A DNA stretch of 64,000 nucleotides from SAR202 cluster bacterium (GTDB lineage Bacteria; Chloroflexota; Dehalococcoidia; Lucifugimonadales; GCA-2719675), in assembly GCA_009392295.1 (NCBI GenBank), contig VFGW01000006.1, positions 27,721 through 91,720 of the forward strand. Reading direction: 5' to 3'. Below are positions 29,748 to 39,373 of the stretch, in pieces. Within the stretch, counting starts at the first letter, position 1; each line of letters starts with the position of its first letter. The translations under genes and the position numbers were made by a program. Below the pieces are notes generated by a model, which made no database searches, was not told the origin of the DNA, and saw only the letters and a list, made by a program, of their open reading frames with translations.

Positions 29748-32540
29748 ATGTCTCTTCCTGAAAAATCAGCCCCAAAAAATGTTCCAAATTGGTTATATAA
29801 AAATTCAAAATTTTTATCTATATTATTTATATTAATTACTGGGGTTTTTATATTTCCATTTGCAAATAACCAAACTAACGAAATCGCAAATCAAAATCCT
29901 AAAGCAGCAGTTTTTGATCTGCAAGAAACAATAAACCAAACTTTTTCTTCCCCATTACATGGTCAATGGGCAATTGCAGAATCTAGAAACGGAGATATTT
30001 TAACCGCTAAATCTCTTAATGAAATTTTAAAAAACCAAAATTTTCTAATCGATGCTGATATAAAGGGACTTTTGACACCAAAAGGTCTTGAAGAACAGTC
30101 TTACTTAGCAAAATATTTTAATCCAGCAACTCAAACTCATACTACCGCAGTAATTTCTGTAGCCAATGTAGTAGAAAAAATTCTTAATGATGATCCTAGA
30201 TTAAATACAAATTTAAGTGAAGCAACTGATCCACAGGTTAAATTTGCAATTCATTTAATGATGTCAGATAAGTCCAAAAAATTCCAACAAGAAATTGATA
30301 CTATTTCTATCAAAGCTTCAAAAGAAAAAAGAATTGTACTAGGTGAAGAAATAGATTGGTGGATTTCACCAGCTATCATAATAATTACTTTATCTGACAA
30401 CCAAAAACTTGGTGGAGGATCCTATGAAGTAGCAGTTACAGGAGACCCTATTTCTATTAACAAAGAAAAATTTGACAGAAAGATTCAAAAATATTTACGT
30501 GGAGAAGAAATAAATTATCAATTATGGAGCGTAGCAATAGATATTAACCTTGAATCTGAGAAGCAAGGTAAACAAGCTTCTATATTTATCACATTGACTG
30601 TAATTTCTGCATTATTAATTACTGGATTAGTCTTAAATTCTTATTGGGCATTTGTGCTAACAAGTTTTGGAATTGGCAGTTTAATTATCTGGTTAAAAGG
30701 AATATCAACAATTGTAGGAATAAAAACTGGTCTAATAAATGATTTAATTGTTCCTATAGCCATGATTGCACTTGGAGTAGACTTCGCAATTCATGCTATT
30801 AGAAGGTACCAAGAAGAATTTATAATATTTAAAAATCCGAAAAAAGCATATATTTTTGGACTGTCAGGACTAATAACTGCATTAACACTAGCATTTATTT
30901 CTGACAGTATCGCCTTTTTAGCCAATATTACTTCGCAAATTGAAGCAGTTGTACATTTTGGACTATCGGCTGCGATTGCAGTAATGTCATCTTTCATTGT
31001 TCTGGGATTAATTATCCCGTTATTATTCTCAAAAATTTCTGAATTTCAATTCAATAACTGGGGGAATTCCAAAAAATCAAAATTTCTTAAATTGACACTA
31101 TGCATTTTTACCGCTAGTGTAACTGGTATTTCAGTAATTATCATGATAGCAGTTAATCCTTTCTATGGATCTATTTTGTTAATCGCTTCAGGATTAATTT
31201 CTATAATTTTTCCATTAATAATTCTTAAAAAGATTAATAAAGGCACACTAAATAATCACAATAAAGAATTTGCAAATAACGTTTCTCACAAGTACGGAAT
31301 AAATACTAAAATTTTCGAGAAATTGATACTTTTTTTTCCAAAAAATATATTTTTCACTATAACTATTTTCAGCTTAATAACAATTATTTCTATACTTAAT
31401 GCAATAAGGTTAGAACCTACTTTTAACATAGAAGATTTCTTTGATTCAAAATCTGATTTTGTAGTTGGTCTGGACAAACTAGAAATTCACAACGGAGATA
31501 GAGGTGGCGAACCAGCAATTGCATATTTTGAAGGAGATTTAACTGATCCAACATCTATAAAAAACATATCGATTTTCTTTGATAATCTTAAAAACAATCC
31601 AAACATCGGGCATTTATCTAACGGAGATCCTTACATCAGTCAACCCAACTTGATTTCTATACTCCAATACAACACAAATTCCAAATACACCTTAGATCTT
31701 ATTGAAAAAAACTTGAATACTTCAATTAAAGACTCTAATTTTGATGGAATTCCAGATTCAAAAAAAGATATAGAAATCATTTTAAATTTCGCAATACAAG
31801 AAGGAGTTTATAATGAAAATGGCGAACTAATTTTCACTCCAGAATCAATATATAATATTCTGAGAAAATCAGAAAATTCATATGCTACCCAAATAATTAT
31901 TGGTATCCCTGGGACAAGAGATTTAAAACAAATATCTAAAGCCTGGAACAGTTTAAATTCAGACTTCAAACATTTTGAGTATCAATCTACAATCAGAAAA
32001 TTTGGTTTAACTGGATCACCATTTACTCGAAAAGAACAACTGGAAGCAACTACAAAATCTCTACAAAGGTCAATTCCAATTGCTGCTATATCAGCATTAA
32101 TAGTTTTAACAATCGCAATGAGATCATTCAAATACGCATTAATTACTGTAATCCCTATTGGATTAGTAGTAGCCTGGTTATATTCTACAATGCAACTTTT
32201 AGGATTTGGACTAAATTTAGTTACATCAACAATCGGAGCAATTTCAATAGGAATTGGAATTGATTATTCAATTCATTTAACTCAAAGATTTCGTGAAGAA
32301 ATTTCAAAAAATACTAATAAATTTCAAGCGCTTAAAACTACAATTAATGGTACAGGAATAGCGCTTTTAGGATCTTCCGCATCATCAATAATTGGTTTCT
32401 TGATTTTAGGATTTGCACCTATGCCTATGTTTTCATCATTTGGTATACTTACCGCAATAATGATCCTAATGTCACTACTCGCTGCATTACTAGTTTTGCC
32501 TACATTACTAATTATCACAACAAAAACAAAATCAAATTGA
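29748..32540 (+). CDS. MMPL/RND family membrane transporter
   Basis: Two TM repeats with GVDFAIH and GIGIDYSIH, plus large extracytoplasmic loops. Confidence 0.88.
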   Translation: MSLPEKSAPKNVPNWLYKNSKFLSILFILITGVFIFPFANNQTNEIANQNPKAAVFDLQETINQTFSSPLHGQWAIAESRNGDILTAKSLNEILKNQNFLIDADIKGLLTPKGLEEQSYLAKYFNPATQTHTTAVISVANVVEKILNDDPRLNTNLSEATDPQVKFAIHLMMSDKSKKFQQEIDTISIKASKEKRIVLGEEIDWWISPAIIIITLSDNQKLGGGSYEVAVTGDPISINKEKFDRKIQKYLRGEEINYQLWSVAIDINLESEKQGKQASIFITLTVISALLITGLVLNSYWAFVLTSFGIGSLIIWLKGISTIVGIKTGLINDLIVPIAMIALGVDFAIHAIRRYQEEFIIFKNPKKAYIFGLSGLITALTLAFISDSIAFLANITSQIEAVVHFGLSAAIAVMSSFIVLGLIIPLLFSKISEFQFNNWGNSKKSKFLKLTLCIFTASVTGISVIIMIAVNPFYGSILLIASGLISIIFPLIILKKINKGTLNNHNKEFANNVSHKYGINTKIFEKLILFFPKNIFFTITIFSLITIISILNAIRLEPTFNIEDFFDSKSDFVVGLDKLEIHNGDRGGEPAIAYFEGDLTDPTSIKNISIFFDNLKNNPNIGHLSNGDPYISQPNLISILQYNTNSKYTLDLIEKNLNTSIKDSNFDGIPDSKKDIEIILNFAIQEGVYNENGELIFTPESIYNILRKSENSYATQIIIGIPGTRDLKQISKAWNSLNSDFKHFEYQSTIRKFGLTGSPFTRKEQLEATTKSLQRSIPIAAISALIVLTIAMRSFKYALITVIPIGLVVAWLYSTMQLLGFGLNLVTSTIGAISIGIGIDYSIHLTQRFREEISKNTNKFQALKTTINGTGIALLGSSASSIIGFLILGFAPMPMFSSFGILTAIMILMSLLAALLVLPTLLIITTKTKSN

Positions 32541-32552
32541 ATGGAAATAATC

Positions 32553-32762
32553 ATGTCTGAACAAAGAAATTGGATTAAAATTTGGGCAAGAACGGTAGGA
32601 ATGCCTATTGGCGAAACTGATCAAGATGCACCTACAAACCCTGCTATATCAAAAAAAGATGTCAAAAAAGCACTAGCATTTAGAACATTTTGGATTGCAT
32701 TACATGTTTTTACATGTGGAATGATTATTGCCGGTAATGGGAAAACATTAGGTTTATGGTAA
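32553..32762 (+). CDS. Small hypothetical membrane protein
   Basis: WIKIWARTVGMPIG...RTFWIALHVFTCGMIIAGN with one C-terminal TM; protein-like composition. Confidence 0.7.
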   Translation: MSEQRNWIKIWARTVGMPIGETDQDAPTNPAISKKDVKKALAFRTFWIALHVFTCGMIIAGNGKTLGLW

Positions 32763-33626
32763 ATTAGTTTCTTTAAACCATGTATAAATTGATTCTGGTA
32801 ATTTTTCTCCCATAGAATGCAAACCATGTTCACCTCCAGGAATCAAAAGCAAGTCTACTTTTTTCTTAGATTCCAGCCTTTTTTCATATGCATCTAATGC
32901 AACATCCTTAAGCCTAGGATGTGTTTCATTAGTACCAGCTAATATAAGCAAATCTGATGAAATTTTATCTACATATTGGACAATATCATATCTTTCACTT
33001 CCATATTTATCTAAATATGCCTTTGCAGAAAACAATCCAGCGCCAGGAACAATATCTTCTTTAATTGTAATCAATTGATCTCCCAGACCTGAATCTACAA
33101 AATTATTTGCAAGTTTAATATATTTTTTATAATAGTGTGAAGCTTCAGAATTCAAATAGTATTTTTTGGACAGTCTGACAGGAGAAATAGCTACTATTGA
33201 ATTTACAAAAGAATTATTTCTAACTGATTGATAATATGTAACTTTTACAGCACCCATACTAGACCCTACCAAACAAACATTATTAAATTTTTTGTCTTTC
33301 AACCAATTAATCATAGCATCTAAATCAAATAAACAATCGTATAATATTTCAAAAGCTGTCCCAGCAAAATCTGTATTTATATTAGGTCGTCCTTGAGAAA
33401 TAACATCGTGCCCTCTAGTATTAAATGAAACTACAGGAAATCCATTTTTTGAAAAATATTTCCCCAGAATTGAAATCATTGATCCTGAATAAAAATTCCC
33501 TGTTGTACCATGAACTAATAATATTGCATCCACAGCACTACTATTCGATGATTTTGGTTCTATATAACAACCATCTAATTTAAATCCATCTGAAGTTTCT
33601 GTTTGTATAAGCTTAATATCAGTCAT
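32754..33626 (-). CDS. Alpha/beta hydrolase
   Basis: LVHG, nucleophile elbow GSSMG and C-terminal GGEH. Confidence 0.85.
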   Translation of the reverse strand: MTDIKLIQTETSDGFKLDGCYIEPKSSNSSAVDAILLVHGTTGNFYSGSMISILGKYFSKNGFPVVSFNTRGHDVISQGRPNINTDFAGTAFEILYDCLFDLDAMINWLKDKKFNNVCLVGSSMGAVKVTYYQSVRNNSFVNSIVAISPVRLSKKYYLNSEASHYYKKYIKLANNFVDSGLGDQLITIKEDIVPGAGLFSAKAYLDKYGSERYDIVQYVDKISSDLLILAGTNETHPRLKDVALDAYEKRLESKKKVDLLLIPGGEHGLHSMGEKLPESIYTWFKETNLP

Positions 33627-33686
33627 TATGAATAATTTATTTTGAAAAATTCCACATATCTAAATCAACAATTAAACAAATAAAAA

Positions 33687-34133
33687 TTATTTGTTTAATT
33701 GAACCGCCTTGCTCCATGTATATACTTCTTGACCAGTTTCAACTATTAAAATTTTCATCAACCCAGCATTATAAATATGTGGCAAACCATCTGAAGTTGT
33801 TAAACGTGAAAAAATACAAGGTGCATCCTCTAAAAATTTTATCTCTGTATCAATTTGAATAGGACGACCTTCATTTTCGATAACCACGCAACCTTTTTCT
33901 TTCCCACCTAAATATGAATGTACTATAATATCTTTATACTCATAAGAATCCCAAACTACAAAAGGCAAAGCTACTTTGGGATTATTGCCAGAATCACCAT
34001 GAACTTTTACTTCAAGAAAAGGTTCTATCAATTTTGCCGGCTGGCCTTGATTATCAATTTGACCCGAACAAGCCAAAAATATTAATGGCATAAGAATCAA
34101 CAACTTACTAATTTTTCTAAAATTGTTCATCAT
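33687..34133 (-). CDS. Hypothetical lipoprotein, 'TGQEGW' family paralogue 3
   Basis: Lipobox FLAC-SG; C-terminal KILIVETGQEVYTW; start could be 34142, 34133 or 34130. Confidence 0.78.
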   Translation of the reverse strand: MMNNFRKISKLLILMPLIFLACSGQIDNQGQPAKLIEPFLEVKVHGDSGNNPKVALPFVVWDSYEYKDIIVHSYLGGKEKGCVVIENEGRPIQIDTEIKFLEDAPCIFSRLTTSDGLPHIYNAGLMKILIVETGQEVYTWSKAVQLNK

Positions 34134-34185
34134 AAACACCATATTATGAGTTAATTTATATAATAATACATTAATTTCTTATACA

Positions 34186-35397
34186 TTATTGAAGCCTACG
34201 TAGTGTTGGAAAAGAAATAAATACTATTACTACAAATATTAATAAAATAACACAACAAACTTGAGTTGCTATTGTCACACTATAATTTTCAGCCAAAATT
34301 CCTGCTAACAAAGTTCCTAAAATACTTAATACATTTGTAAAATTAAATATCCCACCAAAACGTCCCCTAAGTTTATCAGGAACCTCTGAACCTAAAAGAG
34401 ATCTACCAATTGTAAGTATACTTATTAAGCCGAAATTAAGAAAAAACACACATATCAAGCCAATAGAAAGTGATTGCGCCAAAGAAAAGGAATACATAGA
34501 AAAAAATACAAACATTAAATAGAAAAGTAACAAAGTCCCTTTTTTTACATAATTAACTAAAATTGAAAGGCTAAAATCAGAAAAAAACCCACCCACTCCT
34601 AAAATTGCGAAAAGTAGTCCATATCCATCTGGCCCTGTTGAAAAGATATCAGCAGTATAAATTGGTAATAATCCATGCACAGCTGGTACTACTAAAACAT
34701 TCACACTGGTTCTAAGTAATAAAGCACCTTGAAGTAATCGATTAGTTTTTAAAAAATTAATTAATTCTATAAAATTTTCTTTAAAATTATTCTTAATCAA
34801 TTTTTCTTGAGGACGTATAGTTTGAATCCTAGAATAAGCCAGCACAGAAATTAAAATCATTATCAACTGTCCTATTAATGTGAAGCCAGGCCCAATTCTT
34901 TTTAATAATAATCCAGCAAAATAAGGAATTGAAAAATGTCCTACAAAATATGCAGAACCAGTAATTGCATACGCTGCAAATATAAGATTTCTTCTTGTTG
35001 GTACTAGCAATGGGATCAATGAAAAATCTGATGGACCTCCTAATGATTGAATAAATCCTACTGATAACAAAAAAATAAATAAATAATATGTATTAAAATT
35101 CCCAGAAATCACCAAATACGCAAACAAAAATATGAATATACTTTTAAGTAAAAAAACATTCACAATTACTTTTTGTCTATTCCATTTATCGGCAGCAAAA
35201 CCACCAATAGGTGCAGATATCAGCCCAGATAACGCTCCAAATCCCCATGAAAGACTTGTTAAAAATGGTGACTGAGTGTATTCATAAGTTAACCAACCTA
35301 TCACAACAAATTGAAAAAAAGATGATGCTGAAGAGAAAAATCTTCCAAACCAAAGTAATCTAACATTCGAATAATAAAGAGGAGCTGGAAATATCAT
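34186..35397 (-). CDS. MFS transporter (DHA3/MFS_3-like)
   Basis: GFAADKWNR, PAVHGLLP and SEVPDKLRGR; closest in-window paralogue of 8591-9811. Confidence 0.88.
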   Translation of the reverse strand: MIFPAPLYYSNVRLLWFGRFFSSASSFFQFVVIGWLTYEYTQSPFLTSLSWGFGALSGLISAPIGGFAADKWNRQKVIVNVFLLKSIFIFLFAYLVISGNFNTYYLFIFLLSVGFIQSLGGPSDFSLIPLLVPTRRNLIFAAYAITGSAYFVGHFSIPYFAGLLLKRIGPGFTLIGQLIMILISVLAYSRIQTIRPQEKLIKNNFKENFIELINFLKTNRLLQGALLLRTSVNVLVVPAVHGLLPIYTADIFSTGPDGYGLLFAILGVGGFFSDFSLSILVNYVKKGTLLLFYLMFVFFSMYSFSLAQSLSIGLICVFFLNFGLISILTIGRSLLGSEVPDKLRGRFGGIFNFTNVLSILGTLLAGILAENYSVTIATQVCCVILLIFVVIVFISFPTLRRLQ

Positions 35398-35492
35398 ATT
35401 TCAATTCATTAATTTATTTTATAAGCAATCAATATACTTACAAAAAATTAAAAATTCATCCGTTATTTCTCAAATATGCTTCAAAAGATTAA

Positions 35493-36821
35493 TTATTCTA
35501 AATAAGTCGCTGAAAAATTTATATTTAACTCAATCTTATCCTCTACATAAACAACATATATTTTTGGAATTTCTATGTCAAAATCTCCAAAAGAAAATTC
35601 CGTATTAGCTTTCCCTGTAATATTTCCACCTTCTAAAATCGCTTCCACATTCCATTCAGAAGGTCTTAAAACTCCATGAATTTCTAAATCGCCAAATATT
35701 TTAAACTCCTTCATAACACCTTCTTCAAAAGGCCAATTTAGTCCTTCAACATTTGTTATATTCAATTTTAATTCTGGATATTTATTTATTTCCAAAGAAT
35801 TATTTTTTAAATAATTGTCTCTTAAGCTAGAATCACTTTTAAGTGCAGCTAAATTAACTACAATTTCAGAAGGATATTGTGGATGAATTTTTCCTGATGA
35901 ATTGAAAATTATTGTACCTTCCAAATCATTAGTCACGCCTATAGCATATTGTGTAATTGGGTCAGACTTTCCTGGAATCTTAATCTGTTCTTTAATTTTA
36001 TAATTTGCAGATGTTAAATATTGATTACAACAAAGAATCATATTAATAGATTCGTTTTTTTTGCTACCAACGATTTCTACAGTTTGATTCAACCTTAACC
36101 AATCAGAATATTTACCATACCCTGATAAATATGAAACACACAGATGAATAAAACCTTGTTCATTAGGGAAAGAATCTTGAGGAACACTTACAGAGTTTTG
36201 CATAGAGTCTATAATTTTATACCATGATTTTGGAGAATCACAAAAATCATTAATTGATTCTGGTTTTTCATTATTTTTAGTATGAATAAATTTATATTTA
36301 AACCTAACATCTTGATTAATTGGTGCAGGAAGCAATACCGCAACAAATGACGCAAAACTTTTCGATAAACTTCCAGAAACTAACTTATATGACCCAGAAG
36401 TGGCAGACTGTACTGTTGTAGCTGGTGTAGAAATTTTAACAGGTATATTAGTGGGAATTACATTTGATGTAGAAATCTGTTGTTTTTTGTTACAAAACAT
36501 TTTTGTACATCCTAAATTACCATTTTGACAAAAACAATTGTTGCAAAAATTGTCTCCTGTATCTTTTCCTCTCCAACCATTTCTAACTATCTCACCTCCA
36601 GATAATTCACAATCTTGTTCCGATTCAGAAATATCAGTTGATTTAGTAGAATTCATAGATTGTTCCAATTTAATTTCAGAAGATTTATGAGATTTTTGAG
36701 AATCTAAAATAGGTGAAGCTTCAGAAGAATTACAAGAAAAAATAGCTAAATTCAAAGCTAAATACAAAAATGTAAAAAAGAATTTTTTTCTCAGGCTTAT
36801 ATCTAAATTTAGCTGCTTCAT
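35493..36821 (-). CDS. Lipoprotein with a pacifastin-like Cys motif and a C-terminal YceI domain
   Basis: Lipobox-like IFSC; CNNCFC..G...CTKMFC; YceI motifs LKSDSSLRDN, GDLEIHGV and DFDIEIP. Confidence 0.8.
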   Translation of the reverse strand: MKQLNLDISLRKKFFFTFLYLALNLAIFSCNSSEASPILDSQKSHKSSEIKLEQSMNSTKSTDISESEQDCELSGGEIVRNGWRGKDTGDNFCNNCFCQNGNLGCTKMFCNKKQQISTSNVIPTNIPVKISTPATTVQSATSGSYKLVSGSLSKSFASFVAVLLPAPINQDVRFKYKFIHTKNNEKPESINDFCDSPKSWYKIIDSMQNSVSVPQDSFPNEQGFIHLCVSYLSGYGKYSDWLRLNQTVEIVGSKKNESINMILCCNQYLTSANYKIKEQIKIPGKSDPITQYAIGVTNDLEGTIIFNSSGKIHPQYPSEIVVNLAALKSDSSLRDNYLKNNSLEINKYPELKLNITNVEGLNWPFEEGVMKEFKIFGDLEIHGVLRPSEWNVEAILEGGNITGKANTEFSFGDFDIEIPKIYVVYVEDKIELNINFSATYLE

Positions 36822-36827
36822 ATACGA

Positions 36828-37784
36828 CTAATCCAATACATCTTTTAATTGAGACAAAGAAAGATTCCCTCCACTAGCAATGAGAGCTACTTTTTTTCCT
36901 TTTAATTGATCTTTGATCTGTAATGCAGCTGCTAAAGAAGCTGCACCCGCATGTTCAACTATACTATGAGTTTTTTCAGCAAATATAGCTACAGCTTCAA
37001 GCAATTTTTGATCAGAAACCAATATGAAATCATCCAACATTTCTTGAAGAATTTGTTGTGTAAATTCATATCCCATTGAAGTAGCTAAACCTTCAGCTAA
37101 TGATTTGTTATCTTTTTCTATAATTTTTCCATTTTTCCAAGAAAAATATGCTCCAGGTGAACTATGTGATTGCACACCAATAACTTTAATTCTAGGATTA
37201 ATTGCATTCGAAACAATACAAGCTCCACATGCTCCACTTCCTCCACCTATAGGGACAATAATGACATCTATATCTGGTTGATCTTCTAATAGTTCTAAAG
37301 TATATGTTCCAGTCCCTTCAACTAACCTAGGTTCATTTGCTGAGTGTATATAATAATAACCTTCTTCAATTGATAATTTTTCAGCAAATTGCCTTGCCTC
37401 ATCAAAACCTTCACCATGTTCAATGATTTTAGCTCCCAAATTTTTGATAGATGCTACTTTAGTTGATGTTGTATTTTCAGGAACTACTATTACAACATTA
37501 ACACCAAATATTCGACCTCCATAAGAAACTCCTTGCCCAAAATTTCCGGTCGATGATGCTATAACTCCGCTACTTTTTTCTTCAAAAGTTAATTGGGAAA
37601 TAGTGTTTAATGCGCCTCTAACTTTAAAAGAGCCTAAATGTTGATAATTTTCATGTTTTATAAAAACATTAGCATCTAAAATTTCATCAATTGAGTAATA
37701 ATTTAAAAGAGGTGTTCGAATTATATGAGGCATTATCCTTTTTCTAGCATTTAACACATTTTGCAACGTTGGTCTTTTTATCAA
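36828..37784 (-). CDS. Threonine/serine dehydratase (PLP fold II, no regulatory domain)
   Basis: KHENYQ..GSFKVRG, SSTGN, PIGGGSG and SGGN. Confidence 0.88.
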   Translation of the reverse strand: MIKRPTLQNVLNARKRIMPHIIRTPLLNYYSIDEILDANVFIKHENYQHLGSFKVRGALNTISQLTFEEKSSGVIASSTGNFGQGVSYGGRIFGVNVVIVVPENTTSTKVASIKNLGAKIIEHGEGFDEARQFAEKLSIEEGYYYIHSANEPRLVEGTGTYTLELLEDQPDIDVIIVPIGGGSGACGACIVSNAINPRIKVIGVQSHSSPGAYFSWKNGKIIEKDNKSLAEGLATSMGYEFTQQILQEMLDDFILVSDQKLLEAVAIFAEKTHSIVEHAGAASLAAALQIKDQLKGKKVALIASGGNLSLSQLKDVLD

Positions 37785-37939
37785 TTTATTCTCCTATAAT
37801 TCAAACATATCTATTAAAAATGAAATCTTCTAAAACTAATGAGTTTTATTATAACTTCTTAATGACAAAACTTGAATAAAATTATACAATCCTCACAAAA
37901 TTGTGTGTCGTAATTTCACCAAATTTACAGGAGATTAAT

Positions 37940-38944
37940 ATGAGCGTGTACAGAGCAGAATATATTTGGATTGATGGTTCATTACCAACCAATAAACTTC
38001 GTTCCAAAACAAAAGTAATTAAATCTGGTGAAGAACCTTCAATTTGGGGGTTTGACGGCTCTAGTACTAATCAAGCACCTGGAGATGAGTCTGACTGTGT
38101 TTTAAAACCAGTATTCACATGCCCTGATCCTCTTAGAGGCCCTGAAGATATTTTGGTAATGAATGAAGTTCTAACAACTGATATGAAGCCCCATCCTTCT
38201 AATACAAGGGCTAAATGTGCAAGAGTAGAGAAAAAATACTCCGAATTTGACATGTGGTTTGGTATCGAACAAGAATACACTCTTTTTAATGGAGTTCAGC
38301 CTCTTGGATGGCCATCAAATGGTTTTCCTGCACCACAAGGAGGATACTATTGTGGTGTTGGATCTGACGAAGTTTTTGGAAGAGAACTAATAGAAGATCA
38401 TCTTGAGGCTTGCCTCGAAGCAGGGTTAGAAATTTCAGGTATAAATGCTGAAGTAATGCCAGCTCAATGGGAATTTCAAGTAGGACCAGCCGGACCAACA
38501 GCAGTGTCTGATCAACTATGGATTGCAAGATGGTTATTATATCGTATTGGAGAAGAACACGGAATCACTGCAACATTAGCTCCAAAACCTGTTAAGGGTG
38601 ACTGGAATGGTGCTGGTGCACACACAAACTTCTCTACAAAACATATGCGTGAAAGTTATCAACCGTGTATTGACGCTGCTGAAGCCTTAGCTCCAAAACA
38701 TAAATTACATATTGAGAACTATGGATCTGATATTCGTGATAGACTTACAGGCCAGCACGAAACAGCATCAGCTGATAGTTATTCATATGGTGTTTCAGAT
38801 AGAGGAGCTTCCGTACGAATTCCATGGCAAGTAGCAAGAGATCAAAAAGGTTATATTGAAGACCGACGACCTAACGCTAATATGGATCCATATGTTGTGA
38901 CTAGACTAATTACTGATACAGTTTGTGGTGCAGCTAAAAAATAA
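37940..38944 (+). CDS. glnII: Glutamine synthetase type II
   Basis: AEYIWIDG, WGFDGSST, FGIEQEY, NAEVMPAQWEFQ, WNGAGAH and EDRRP; AGGAG SD. Confidence 0.93.
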   Translation: MSVYRAEYIWIDGSLPTNKLRSKTKVIKSGEEPSIWGFDGSSTNQAPGDESDCVLKPVFTCPDPLRGPEDILVMNEVLTTDMKPHPSNTRAKCARVEKKYSEFDMWFGIEQEYTLFNGVQPLGWPSNGFPAPQGGYYCGVGSDEVFGRELIEDHLEACLEAGLEISGINAEVMPAQWEFQVGPAGPTAVSDQLWIARWLLYRIGEEHGITATLAPKPVKGDWNGAGAHTNFSTKHMRESYQPCIDAAEALAPKHKLHIENYGSDIRDRLTGQHETASADSYSYGVSDRGASVRIPWQVARDQKGYIEDRRPNANMDPYVVTRLITDTVCGAAKK

Positions 38945-39010
38945 CAAATCAATTGATCATATTTTCTAATTACTTTTGATCAATTATTTAAATAGTTTGG
39001 TGAAAATAAA

Positions 39011-39373
39011 ATGCAAGATGCTATATTACTAATTAGTAGTAATTTATTCTTTTTTCCTAGAATAAAAGCTGCTGCAAATAAATGTAATTTATCTACAAAA
39101 ATGATTACAAATCCCGTCGATTTAGATAACGCCAAAAAAAATCACAATGTCCAATTTATTTTAATTGATTTAGAATTTGAAATTTGGGACGATATATTAA
39201 ATTCCATTAAAAGTAAAGATATCCCATATAAATCAATTATAGCCTTCGGACCTCATAGCGATACTGATTCATTTGAAAAAGCTAAAAATTTAGGCTGTAC
39301 TTCAGTTCTACCAAAAGGAACATTCTCAAACAAATTAAACGATCTTTTTAACGAATCCTCATTAAATGTTTGA
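39011..39373 (+). CDS. Stand-alone atypical receiver (CheY-like) domain protein
   Basis: ILIDL, IAFGPH and LPK pattern; lacks the N-terminal acidic pair. Confidence 0.6.
   Translation: MQDAILLISSNLFFFPRIKAAANKCNLSTKMITNPVDLDNAKKNHNVQFILIDLEFEIWDDILNSIKSKDIPYKSIIAFGPHSDTDSFEKAKNLGCTSVLPKGTFSNKLNDLFNESSLNV

Noticed and set aside
38951-38985. Inverted repeat AATTGATCA-N17-TGATCAATT after glnII
   Set aside because: AT-rich stem, large loop and weak U-tract; cannot be called a terminator or operator.
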